From Candidatus Zipacnadia bacterium (GTDB taxonomy: Bacteria > Armatimonadota > Zipacnadia > Zipacnadales > UBA5352): DNA of 64,000 bases. Made by a program: the position numbers and the translations under genes. Below are positions 53,471 to 62,428 of this stretch, one piece after another. The notes under the pieces are model-generated. The model had not been told where the DNA came from. It ran no database searches and worked only from the letters and a program-made list of their open reading frames with translations. The stretch covers positions 5,026 to 69,025 of the forward strand of contig JALGSW010000047.1 of assembly GCA_029821635.1 (NCBI GenBank), read 5' to 3'. How positions within the stretch are numbered: position 1 is the first letter of the stretch; each line of letters starts with the position of its first letter.

Positions 53471-53597
53471 GCAGGCTGGAAGCCTGCGCCACGAGTGATT
53501 CTGTGAGTTGTGGGGCAGGCTCTTAGCCCGCGCCACCTGTGGGGCAGGCTCGCAGCCCACGCTCACCTGTGGGGCAGGCTTCCAGCCTGCCGACCGT
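53471..53597. repeat. Hairpin GCAGGCTggaAGCCTGC plus three tandem approximately 30-nt units TGTGGGGCAGGCTnnnAGCCnnC...CACC
   Basis: Units at 53509-53537, 53538-53567 and 53568-53597. The last contains a perfect GGCAGGCTtccAGCCTGCC, which is the reverse complement of the 53471-53487 hairpin. Confidence 0.85.
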
Positions 53598-54421
53598 CAG
53601 CTCACATCCGCGAGCGCCTGCTTGAGCGTCTCCAGGCCCTTGCGCGAGTGCTCGATCGGGTCCGGGTCGAAGTCGAAGACCTCGATCGAGGCGTAGCCCT
53701 GATAGTCGATGTCCACCAGCGCCTTCATGAAGGGGCGGAAGTCCACATCGCCCCAGCCCGGCGCGCGCTTGTTCAGGTCGTTGCAGTGGTAGTGCATGAG
53801 CAGGTCGCCGGTCTCGCGGATCGCCTCGGGCAGGTCGCTCTCGGTCTGCAGGCCCGAGTAGGTGTCGAGGATCACGCCAACGTTCGGCAGGTCGATCTCC
53901 CGGCACATCTTCACGACTTCGAGGTGGTTGAACAGGAAGTTGTTGTTGGTGTCCGGCGCGAGCGGCTCGATGCAGACCTTGAAGTCCTCAGCGCCCTCGA
54001 CCTGCGCCGACGCGGCCATGGCCTCCTTGAACCACTCCCAGCAGTCGTGGTAGGTGACGCCATCCATGCGCGCGCGCTGGCCCGGTGAGCCGACGACCTC
54101 GTAGGTCGCGCCGATCTCCAGCCCGAAGCGCACGAGGTCCTGGCAGTACGCGGTGGTCTTCGCGCGCACCGCCGGGTCAGGGTCGGTGATGTGCAGGCCG
54201 GTCGGGCCGACGAGCAGCCAGTGGATTCCCGCCGCGGCGACGCCGCTATCTGCCGAGGCCTTGCGGATGCGCGCCTTCTGATCCTCGGTGATCTCCTGCA
54301 CCCAGTCGTTGAGCGTAAAGGGCGCGATCTCCAGCGCATCGAAGCCCAGCTCGGCGGCGATCTCGAACTGCTTCTCTATCTCGAACTCCTTCACGATCTC
54401 GTTGCACAGAGCCCACTTCAC
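53597..54421 (-). CDS. Sugar phosphate isomerase/epimerase (xylose isomerase-like TIM barrel)
   Basis: VKWALCNEIV...AAELGFDALEIAP..., ...CIEPL... GTG start 54421 after GGGAGGA. The ORF-track upstream extension is rejected. Confidence 0.75.
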   Translation of the reverse strand: MKWALCNEIVKEFEIEKQFEIAAELGFDALEIAPFTLNDWVQEITEDQKARIRKASADSGVAAAGIHWLLVGPTGLHITDPDPAVRAKTTAYCQDLVRFGLEIGATYEVVGSPGQRARMDGVTYHDCWEWFKEAMAASAQVEGAEDFKVCIEPLAPDTNNNFLFNHLEVVKMCREIDLPNVGVILDTYSGLQTESDLPEAIRETGDLLMHYHCNDLNKRAPGWGDVDFRPFMKALVDIDYQGYASIEVFDFDPDPIEHSRKGLETLKQALADVS

Positions 54422-54615
54422 AGCTATCGTCCTCCCGGATCGGGTGTCTCGCGGTGTCAGGTGATGATTCGGCGCCGAGGCGCGCAGACCTCCCCTGACG
54501 AACAGGCCCGCCTTCGCTGCACGGGTCGTTCGTCGTACGGGGGGGGCCGTGCGCGGAGGTCTCCACTCCCCCCACGCCGAACCCCACGCCAACCAGCCGT
54601 GAGGAGGCGTAGCGC

Positions 54616-55884
54616 ATGGCGTCGAATGCCGACACGCTCGCGACCGATGGTGGCACGCCCGTCCGCACCGAGCCATTCCCGGCCCGCGCGCCGTTCGGGC
54701 CCGCGGACCTCGAACAGCTCCGCGCCGTCATCGAGCAGCAGACCGCATTCTTCCCCACCGGCAGCAAGGTCTACGAGTTCGAACGCCGCTTCCGGGACCT
54801 CTACGGCGTCGGCCACGCGACCGCCTCGACCTCCGGCACCTCCGCGATCCACGTCGCGCTCGGCGCGCTCAACCTCGAGCCCGGCGACGAGATCATCACC
54901 ACCCCGCTCTCGGACATGGGCACCGTCGCGCCGATCGTCCTGTGCGGTGCGGTGCCGGTCTTCGCGGACCTCAAACTCGACACGTTCAACCTTGACCCGG
55001 CCAGCGTCCGCGAGCGCATCACCGACCGCACCCGGGCGCTGGTGATCGTGCACTGCTGGGGGCAACCCGCGGAGATGGACGAGCTGATGGCCATCGCGCG
55101 CGAGCACGACCTGCGCGTGATCGAGGACTGCGCGCAGGCGCACCTGACGCACTACCGCGGGCAACTCGTAGGTACGATCGGCGACCTCGGCGCCTTCAGC
55201 CTGCAGGACTCCAAGCACCTGCAGTGCGGCGATGGCGGCGTGACGATTACGGGCGACGAGGCCCTCGGCGCCCGCGCGGCCGTCTACGTGGACAAGGGCT
55301 GCGACTGGACCGAGGACCGCGCATACCGCCTGCGCTACGCATTCATCGCGCCATGCTACCGCATGACGGAGTGGCAGGGCGCGATCCTGTGCAGCCAGCT
55401 CGACCGCCTGGAGTGGATCGTCCAGACGCGCCAGCGCCTCGGCGATCGGCTGGTCGGACTGCTGCAGGACCTCCCCGGCGTGCATCCGCCGGAGCGCACC
55501 GAGGGCGCCGAGCACAGCTACTGGCACTTCCCGCTGCGCGTGGACAGCGACGTGCTGGGCGTCTCGCGCGAGCGCTTCTACCAACTGGTGCAGGCCGAGG
55601 GCGTGCCTCTCTCCGGCGGCTGGATCGGCAAGCTCCTCTATGAGTTCGACTCGCTGCGCGATAGGATCGCGTTCGGCAGCACAAACTTCCCGTGGGACGT
55701 CGGGCGCGAGGAGCCGGTCGCGTATCACACCGGCCTGTGCCCGAACGCCGAGCAGGGCGTCGCGCAACTCTGCGTGCTGGCGTTCAACGAGCGCTGGAGC
55801 GAAGACGACATCGACGACGCGGCCGAGGCGATCGTGAAGGTCGCCCGGGCCTGCGCCGCGCGAGCTTCCGGAGGTGCGCAATGA
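54616..55884 (+). CDS. DegT/DnrJ/EryC1/StrS-family PLP-dependent aminotransferase
   Basis: ATASTSGTSAIHVAL, VIEDCAQAH, FSLQDSKHLQCGDGG (PLP Lys). GAGGAGG RBS. Confidence 0.85.
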   Translation: MASNADTLATDGGTPVRTEPFPARAPFGPADLEQLRAVIEQQTAFFPTGSKVYEFERRFRDLYGVGHATASTSGTSAIHVALGALNLEPGDEIITTPLSDMGTVAPIVLCGAVPVFADLKLDTFNLDPASVRERITDRTRALVIVHCWGQPAEMDELMAIAREHDLRVIEDCAQAHLTHYRGQLVGTIGDLGAFSLQDSKHLQCGDGGVTITGDEALGARAAVYVDKGCDWTEDRAYRLRYAFIAPCYRMTEWQGAILCSQLDRLEWIVQTRQRLGDRLVGLLQDLPGVHPPERTEGAEHSYWHFPLRVDSDVLGVSRERFYQLVQAEGVPLSGGWIGKLLYEFDSLRDRIAFGSTNFPWDVGREEPVAYHTGLCPNAEQGVAQLCVLAFNERWSEDDIDDAAEAIVKVARACAARASGGAQ

Positions 55885-56993
55885 CCCGCAAAGAGGCGTT
55901 CCTGACCGCCCTGCGCCTGGAGACGCCCGACCGGGTGCCCGTCGCGCCGCTGATCCACGGCCGCTATGCCCATGAGCGTCTCGGCCGCAGCGACTGGCGC
56001 GCGGTCTTTGAGGTGCACCAGGAGCTCGGCTCCACGCACTTCCGCGGACCGATCGGTGTGAGCTACGCGACCGCCGGCGAGAGCGCCTACAGCAGCGAGT
56101 CGCGGCTGCTGGAGGAGGAGGGCACGCGCACCGTCACCGAGACGATCTACCGCGGCCCGGAGGGCGAGCTGCGTGCGATCGACGTGACCGGGATGATCCC
56201 GCACGATCCGCTCACGCACAAGCGCACCGAGTACCCCGTCAAGCGCATCGAGGACTGGGCGTTCATCCGCGGCTACTACGAGGACCAGATCGCGCGCGCG
56301 ACCGGCCCGGCGTTCGGCACGGCCGCCGAGGCCCACGAACTGATGGGCGGCGACGGCATCGCGAGCGTCGCGGTCTCGTCGGTCTACGGGATGCTCGGGC
56401 ACTGGCGCGGGATGCAGGAGTTGCTCTACGATCTGTACGACGCGCCGGAGGTCATCGACTCGGTGCGCGAGGTCTTCCGCGAGCACGCGATGCTCTGCAC
56501 GGAGGCATTTCTGGCCTCTCCCTGCGAGGTCGGCTGGTACGACATCTGCTGGGCGACCGGCTCGCACATGGGCCCTGAGATGTTCGAGCGCTTCGTGGCG
56601 CCGGACGTGGCGGCGGTGTGCGAGCGCGTGCGCGAGGTGCCCGGCAAGTTCATGGGGCTCTACACGCTGGGACGCATCCGCAAGCTGCTGCCCGCGATGG
56701 TCGATGCGGGCGCGCACTTCGTCGAGACTTTCGAGCCGAACGAGGGCGACATTGGCCTGCGCGAGGCGAAGCAGCTCTACGGGCGCGACATCTGCGTGAT
56801 GGGCAACTTCGACGCCATACCGATCGCGTTGGGGACGCCGGATCAATGCCGCAAGGAGGCCCTGCGCTGCCTGGATGAGGCGATGGCGGGCGGCGGTTAC
56901 ATCATGGTCTCCGGCGACGAGGTCCCGGCGGACGCGAAGTGGGAGAACCTGGTCGCATGGGTCGAGACGGTCGACGAATACGGGAAGTACTGA
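55881..56993 (+). CDS. URO-D family protein, function unknown (paralog 2)
   Basis: MTRKEAFLTALRLETPDRVPVAPLI... Same architecture as 17843..18955. ATGA overlap with the aminotransferase stop. Confidence 0.75.
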   Translation: MTRKEAFLTALRLETPDRVPVAPLIHGRYAHERLGRSDWRAVFEVHQELGSTHFRGPIGVSYATAGESAYSSESRLLEEEGTRTVTETIYRGPEGELRAIDVTGMIPHDPLTHKRTEYPVKRIEDWAFIRGYYEDQIARATGPAFGTAAEAHELMGGDGIASVAVSSVYGMLGHWRGMQELLYDLYDAPEVIDSVREVFREHAMLCTEAFLASPCEVGWYDICWATGSHMGPEMFERFVAPDVAAVCERVREVPGKFMGLYTLGRIRKLLPAMVDAGAHFVETFEPNEGDIGLREAKQLYGRDICVMGNFDAIPIALGTPDQCRKEALRCLDEAMAGGGYIMVSGDEVPADAKWENLVAWVETVDEYGKY

Positions 56994-57044
56994 GCGGGAC
57001 TCCCGAGCTGCTCAGACCAGGGCACATGCATAGGGGGCATTGTC

Positions 57045-58688
57045 ATGACAGAGGCAACGCCATTGGCGGTTCCGAGCGAGAGCCCACAACGCCACTCGCG
57101 TGTCACATGGTACGTGGTAGCACTTCTCGCGCTGGGCTTCGGCCTGCGTTTGGGCGTGTTCCTGCTGCACGATTACGTGGGGAATGCGGATCAGGTGGGC
57201 TACACCCTCGCAGCGACGAGGCTCATAGAGGGGGAGATGCCTGACCGACGGCCAGGATTGACCGCCCTGATAGCGGCAGCACTGGCACTGGGCATCCCAG
57301 AAGACAGAGCAGCTCGGACAGTGTCTGTTCTGACGGGCACTCTCATGCTCTTACTTATCTGGATCTTGGTGCGCCGACTTTACGGCGCTCCAGCCGGTGT
57401 CGCCGCACTCACCCTCGCTGTCGTCAACCAACATCTGATACTCACGTCGACGGACGGCATGAAAGAAGCCCCTACTCTGTGCGCTCTCATTGGCGCACTG
57501 ATCTGCCTCTCCGTAGCACTTCGGCGTGATCACGCTCTCGGCTGGCATGCTAGCGCTGGCCTCCTTTTCGGGATTGCCTACAGCGTGCGGACAGAGGCGG
57601 CCGTCTATCTGGCTGGCGTTCTCGGTGCATTGGCGGTGATCCTGGTACTCAACCCACCGGTCCGACGGCGGCTGTTCGCGGCAGCAGCCATTATGGCCGC
57701 AGGATTCGCCACGATAGCGGTTCCGACGACCCTAATGCGCGGGGCGGTGCACGATACCAGTGCTCCCAGCGCCCTCCTCCAGTATGACCCCATGTTCTCG
57801 GGCGAGGCCGAGGAGTTGCGCGAGGTCACTAGCGGACGCCTGCCTGACGAGTGGGTCGAGGACATCGGTGTCGAACCGCCGCGCCTGACGTGGAAGGTCC
57901 AGGCCAAGCGCTACGTTCATAACCTCTACGAACAGGTCGCCGTGGTGCTGCCAGAGACTATTGACATCGGACTGTGGCTGCTGATTGGGCTCGGGTTGTT
58001 CGGAGAGCGGTGGCGAACCGGGCGATGGAAGATCGAGATCATCTTCGCCGGCATGTGGCTATTCTTCTTCACAGCCGCCCCACTGGCCCAACTCGTTCAT
58101 CCTCGGCATCTATTGCCCTATCTTGTGATCGGCATATGCTGGGCTGGCGCGGGGGCGACGAGCTTCGGTCGGTGGTACAGCCGGACTACTCGCGACGGGG
58201 AAGTCACGCGCGATGGATTCCGCAGAGGCATCATCATCGCGGTCGTGTTCGTGGCACTGTTCCAGCTCAAGCCCGACCTCGACTTCGTCCAGGCAGCATT
58301 CAACGGGGAGGTCGAGACCGAGGAGAAGGCTGCTGGCCTCTGGCTGGCGGAACATGCGCAACCAGGAGATGTTGCCCTCGAGCGCAAGACCGTCGTCGCG
58401 TTCTACGCTGACATCGGCCACGATGAACTGCCCCACGTCAGCCTTGAGCGCGTCATTGAGTACGCCCGGATGCATGGTGCCGACTACATAATCGTCAGTT
58501 CCCGCCACCTCGACAAGTACCGTCCTCAGCTGCTGCCATTGCTCGGCGACGAGCTAACCTGCGAGCCGGACCTGATCCCGCTCAACGAATTCCACAACAG
58601 GCACAATCCGGACATGTTCGTCCGCATCTTCAAGGTCATGCCCGAAGCCGGACTGCCCACCGAAGAGACCGAAGGGAGCCCGCAATGA
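57045..58688 (+). CDS. Polytopic membrane glycosyltransferase-like protein (ArnT/PMT_2, GT39/GT83-like)
   Basis: About 10 TM helices in the N-terminal 370 aa, with an early periplasmic loop after helix 1, plus a soluble C-terminal domain. Noticeably lower GC than its neighbours. Confidence 0.6.
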   Translation: MTEATPLAVPSESPQRHSRVTWYVVALLALGFGLRLGVFLLHDYVGNADQVGYTLAATRLIEGEMPDRRPGLTALIAAALALGIPEDRAARTVSVLTGTLMLLLIWILVRRLYGAPAGVAALTLAVVNQHLILTSTDGMKEAPTLCALIGALICLSVALRRDHALGWHASAGLLFGIAYSVRTEAAVYLAGVLGALAVILVLNPPVRRRLFAAAAIMAAGFATIAVPTTLMRGAVHDTSAPSALLQYDPMFSGEAEELREVTSGRLPDEWVEDIGVEPPRLTWKVQAKRYVHNLYEQVAVVLPETIDIGLWLLIGLGLFGERWRTGRWKIEIIFAGMWLFFFTAAPLAQLVHPRHLLPYLVIGICWAGAGATSFGRWYSRTTRDGEVTRDGFRRGIIIAVVFVALFQLKPDLDFVQAAFNGEVETEEKAAGLWLAEHAQPGDVALERKTVVAFYADIGHDELPHVSLERVIEYARMHGADYIIVSSRHLDKYRPQLLPLLGDELTCEPDLIPLNEFHNRHNPDMFVRIFKVMPEAGLPTEETEGSPQ

Positions 58689-59689
58689 ACCACCAAGTCA
58701 TCTTCACTGATGTCCGCAAGGTTGAGGTCCAGGCCGCTGAGATGCCTACGCCGGGGCCGGGGCAGGTGCTCATCCGCACCTCCAAGACCGCCATCTCCAC
58801 CGGCACCGAGCTGACCATGCTCATGGCCGACTTCCCCGAGGGCTCCAAGTGGGATCAGATCACCAGCTACCCCTGCAGCCCGGGCTACTGCAACGTCGGC
58901 CGCATCGTTGAGGTCGGCGAGGGCGTTGAGGGCTTCGCGGTCGGCGATCGCGTCGCCACCGGTGCCGGCCACGCCGCGTGGGCGGTCATGCCGACGAGCC
59001 AGCTCTTCCCTATCCCCGATGCCATCGCCGATGAGGTCGCCACGCTCTGGATGCTCGGGCGCATCGCCTTCAACGGCGTGCGCCGCGGCCAAGTCCAGAC
59101 CGGCGAGTCCGTCGCGGTCTACGGCCTCGGGCTGATCGGCCTGTTCGCCGGGCAGCTCGCGCGCATCAGCGGCGCGCGGCCGGTCATCGGCATCGATCTC
59201 TCGCCTCTGCGCAGGGGCTTCGCTCAGCAGTGCGGCTTCGACCTCGTGCTCGATGGCGCGGCGGAGGACCTGCGCAAGCGCGTCGAGGCGGCGACGCGCG
59301 GGCGGATGCTCGACTGTGTGCTGGAGGTCACGGGAGTGCCGTCGGTGATCCCGCGGGAGATGGAGCTGCTGCACAAGCAGGGGCGGATCGTCATCGTCTC
59401 CAGCCCGCGCGGGAAGACGCAGTTCGACTTCCACGACTTCGTGAACTCGCCGAGCCTGACCATCATCGGCGCCCACAACGGCTCGCACCCGCCGGTGGAG
59501 ACGTGGTACAACCAGTGGACGCCGCATCGCAACACGGAGCTGCTCTTCGACTTCATGGCTGCTGGCGAGGTGCGCGCGCGGCACCTCATCACGCATCGCT
59601 TCGCCTGGCAGGACGCCCCCGCGGCCTACGCGATGCTCATGGAGGACCGCACGCAGGCGGGCGCGGTCATCCTCGACTGGACCGACTGA
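58685..59689 (+). CDS. Zinc-type medium-chain alcohol/sugar dehydrogenase (MDR family)
   Basis: GroES-like N-domain (GYCNVGRIVEVGEGV), Rossmann VAVYGLGLIGL. ATGA overlap with the upstream stop. Confidence 0.8.
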   Translation: MNHQVIFTDVRKVEVQAAEMPTPGPGQVLIRTSKTAISTGTELTMLMADFPEGSKWDQITSYPCSPGYCNVGRIVEVGEGVEGFAVGDRVATGAGHAAWAVMPTSQLFPIPDAIADEVATLWMLGRIAFNGVRRGQVQTGESVAVYGLGLIGLFAGQLARISGARPVIGIDLSPLRRGFAQQCGFDLVLDGAAEDLRKRVEAATRGRMLDCVLEVTGVPSVIPREMELLHKQGRIVIVSSPRGKTQFDFHDFVNSPSLTIIGAHNGSHPPVETWYNQWTPHRNTELLFDFMAAGEVRARHLITHRFAWQDAPAAYAMLMEDRTQAGAVILDWTD

Positions 59690-59711
59690 GCGCCGTCGTC
59701 CGCAGACGCAA

Positions 59712-59739
59712 GCGGCGCCGCCATCGCCGGCGGCGCCGC
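59712..59739. terminator. Bidirectional terminator-like hairpin between convergent genes
   Basis: GCGGCGCCGCC-atcgcc-GGCGGCGCCGC, a perfect 11-bp stem. Confidence 0.5.
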
Positions 59740-59771
59740 TGCAGTTCTGTCCGGTTGGTGCGCCTCGATCG

Positions 59772-60458
59772 CTACGGCCACGCCGGGTCCATGCGGAAGT
59801 CGCGCTGCGCGTAGGGGCCGTAGGCTCCGTAGGTGTGCGGGACGACCTCGCCGCTGATCCACTTGGAGTGGCCGTCGCACAGCGTGTAGTTCGCGCCGCC
59901 GTTGTGCTGGTCGTAGCGCCAGGGGTAGTTGCTGCTGCCCGTGTCGGCCACGTTGAACCAGCGGCCGTAGCCCAGCTGCCCCTCCTGCTCGACCACGCAG
60001 ATCGTGCTGGCGGGCTCAGGGATGCTGGCCAGCTTCACCGGCTGAACATAGACGAAGTTGTAGTTCCACCCGTAGTCCACATCAACGTCGATACGCGTCG
60101 AGCTGCTCGCGCCCGCGGGCTGGGCGTAGATGTAGGTGAGGCGGCCGCTCGGGCAGATCAGGATATCGTCGTTCTTCAGGTAGGGCTGGAGCCGCACCCA
60201 CCAGAAGCTGTTGCCCTCCGGGCGGATGAGCTCAAGCGCATCAGAAGACTGCGCTACGTGCTGCTGCATCGGCAGGCGCTCGTCGTAGTCCTGCGCATAC
60301 ATCAGCACCGCAAGGCCGATCTGCTTCGTGTTGCTCAGACAGGACGTTTGGCGTGCCTTCTCACGCGCCTTCGCGAAGACCGGGAAGAGGATCGCCGCCA
60401 GGATGGCGATGATCGCGATCACGACCAACAGCTCGATCAGCGTGAAACCTCGCTTCAT
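59772..60458 (-). CDS. Prepilin-type N-terminal cleavage/methylation domain protein with DUF1559 (H-X9-DG) domain
   Basis: [57 protein letters not shown] and C-terminal [13 protein letters not shown]. Confidence 0.88.
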   Translation of the reverse strand: MKRGFTLIELLVVIAIIAILAAILFPVFAKAREKARQTSCLSNTKQIGLAVLMYAQDYDERLPMQQHVAQSSDALELIRPEGNSFWWVRLQPYLKNDDILICPSGRLTYIYAQPAGASSSTRIDVDVDYGWNYNFVYVQPVKLASIPEPASTICVVEQEGQLGYGRWFNVADTGSSNYPWRYDQHNGGANYTLCDGHSKWISGEVVPHTYGAYGPYAQRDFRMDPAWP

Positions 60459-60757
60459 GATGCAGCCCCCTCGGCAGTAGAATGGCACGTCACAGATCGC
60501 GGAGTGTTCCGTTCTGGGAACTCACCTGATTGCTGTTTCTACGCCGACTACCGTCACACCTCCTTGCGATTCAGCCACTCTCCCGTCTCGGCCGCCGCGA
60601 CGTAGCCCGCATCCACCTGCAGTTCGCGCAGGCCGTCGAGGCCGGTCGCGAGCGGCACCGCCACGCCGTCGCACGAAAAGGCCGGCAGGTCCTCGCGCTC
60701 CGGTGGCGAAAGAACGCGAGCCACGCGTCGATCACTCAGACCGCGGGAGGCACAACC

Positions 60758-61228
60758 ATGCTTGAGATGGACAGCGGCCAGGCGGCCGAACTCTACGATG
60801 AGATGGATCGAGTCCTCGTTGGCGCGATCCTCGAGTCGAAGAAGGCCGGCGGCTCGCGCATCGATCAACTCATCGACCTCGCGCACCGGATGGGCGTCAT
60901 TAACATAGGCATCGCCTACTGTGTGGGCTTCGCAGAGCAGGCGGAGAAGCTCGCCGAGCGGCTCGGGAAGAACTTCGAGATCACTGCCGTTGACTGCAAG
61001 GTGCATGGCCTGCAGGCGGAGGATCTCGTTCCCGGCGCCACCGGCGCGCTGTGCAACCCCGCCGGGCAGGCGGATGTACTCAACATGGCCGGGACCGACC
61101 TGAACATCGCCATCGGCCTGTGCCTCGGCTGTGACATGATCTTCCAGAAGCACTCGATCGCACCTGTTACCGTGCTGGCGGTCAAGGACCGCGCGACCGA
61201 TCACAACCCGCTGGCGGCGCTGGAGTAG
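60758..61228 (+). CDS. DUF1847-family putative metal-binding protein (short form)
   Basis: IGIAYCVGFAEQA..., ALCNPAGQA, IAIGLCLGCDMIF are typical DUF1847 features. ATG 60758 after GGGAGG. Lacks an N-terminal Cys-rich segment. Confidence 0.65.
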   Translation: MLEMDSGQAAELYDEMDRVLVGAILESKKAGGSRIDQLIDLAHRMGVINIGIAYCVGFAEQAEKLAERLGKNFEITAVDCKVHGLQAEDLVPGATGALCNPAGQADVLNMAGTDLNIAIGLCLGCDMIFQKHSIAPVTVLAVKDRATDHNPLAALE

Positions 61229-61278
61229 GCGAGCGAGGACGGTATCGTCAGGCCCGACACTGCGAGGAGGCCTTCATC

Positions 61279-62292
61279 ATGAGCGACCGCATCAAGTGGC
61301 TCCGAACGGTCTACGAGGACGGGCGGCACAACGCGTTCACCGACATCCGCCTGTTCCGCGGCAGCTACTACGTCTGCTTCCGCAGCGCCACCTCACACGG
61401 GAGCCTCGACGGTGAGATCCGCGTGATGGCATCGGCCGACCTGCAGAGCTGGGAGCAGGTTGCGCTGCTGTCCAGCGTGCTGGACGATCGCGACCCGAAG
61501 CTCGCGGAGTTCGGTGGGCGGCTCTGGGTCCTCGGGCCCACGCGCACGCCGGACTTCCCCGACGAGCTGCGCAGCGCCACGCGGGGCTATCACTTCCAGA
61601 GCGTCGCGTGGAGCACCGCAGATGGCGAAGACTGGTCGCCGGGGACGGTCCTCGACCCGATCCACAACCGCTTCTGGCGCCCGCGCGAGCATGACGGGGC
61701 AATGTGGGTCGCCACGCACATGACCAACCCGCAGGACGGTCATGAAACCAACCCGCAGGACGGTCATGAAGACTACGTGCCGCTGCTGCGCTCGACGGAC
61801 ATGGTGCGCTGGGAAGAAATCTCGGTGATCCATGAGGGCGAGCGCGCGAACGAGACGGACATCGAGTTCCTCGCCGACGGCACGCTCGTGGCGTTCGTGC
61901 GGCGCGAAGCAGCGGGTGGCGCGGGCACGCCCCTCAAGACCGCCCGGCCGCCCTACACGCAGTGGGAGCAGCACGAGCAGCCGCTGGACATCCGTGGGCC
62001 GATGCTTACGCAGGCCGAGGGGACGCTCTACGTGGTGGGCCGCTACATGGAGCCGAAGCCCGAGGCCGATGGCGGCGGGAGTTGGCGCGACACGCGCCTC
62101 TACCGCGTGGGCAATGACCGGCAGCTCGAGGAACTGGCGGTGCTGCCCGCGCCCGACTACGCGCCGCATCGCGCGGGCGACAACTCCTACGCCGGGGCGC
62201 ACTACCTCGGCGGTGGGGAGATGGTGCTGAGCTTCTACTCCGGCACCGCCGACCGCGCGGAGGTCTTCGTGGCGGGGGTGGATGTGGGGTAG
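61279..62292 (+). CDS. Hypothetical protein, possibly beta-propeller (sialidase/BNR-like) fold
   Basis: 337 aa with GAGGAGG RBS. Repeated W/aromatic-rich beta-strand patterns. Contains a perfect in-frame 24-nt tandem duplication. Confidence 0.6.
   Translation: MSDRIKWLRTVYEDGRHNAFTDIRLFRGSYYVCFRSATSHGSLDGEIRVMASADLQSWEQVALLSSVLDDRDPKLAEFGGRLWVLGPTRTPDFPDELRSATRGYHFQSVAWSTADGEDWSPGTVLDPIHNRFWRPREHDGAMWVATHMTNPQDGHETNPQDGHEDYVPLLRSTDMVRWEEISVIHEGERANETDIEFLADGTLVAFVRREAAGGAGTPLKTARPPYTQWEQHEQPLDIRGPMLTQAEGTLYVVGRYMEPKPEADGGGSWRDTRLYRVGNDRQLEELAVLPAPDYAPHRAGDNSYAGAHYLGGGEMVLSFYSGTADRAEVFVAGVDVG
61723..61770 (+). repeat. Perfect 24-nt tandem duplication inside the CDS
   Basis: ACCAACCCGCAGGACGGTCATGAA twice, encoding TNPQDGHE-TNPQDGHE. 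Confidence 0.95.
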
Positions 62293-62298
62293 TTGGAG

Positions 62299-62320
62299 AG
62301 GCCGGCCCCCGCGCCGGCCT
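62299..62320 (+). terminator. Terminator-like hairpin
   Basis: AGGCCGGC-ccccgc-GCCGGCCT followed by gtgtcgtt. Confidence 0.45.
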
Positions 62321-62428
62321 GTGTCGTTGCCGTCGCGAATGGACCGCTGGGCCGACGTCGCGAACGACCGGGGCACCGGCCCGAGAACAGCACAGGTCGG
62401 CACGGGGGCCGACCTCCCCGACGACAGC

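Noticed and set aside
54422-54615. Inverted repeats in the divergent promoter region (GACGAAC...GTTCGTC; GCAGACCTCC...GGAGGTCTCC) considered as an operator or riboswitch.
   Set aside because: The pairings are imperfect, and in this GC-rich context they cannot be distinguished from chance or from another REP-like hairpin without comparative data. No known riboswitch consensus was recognised.
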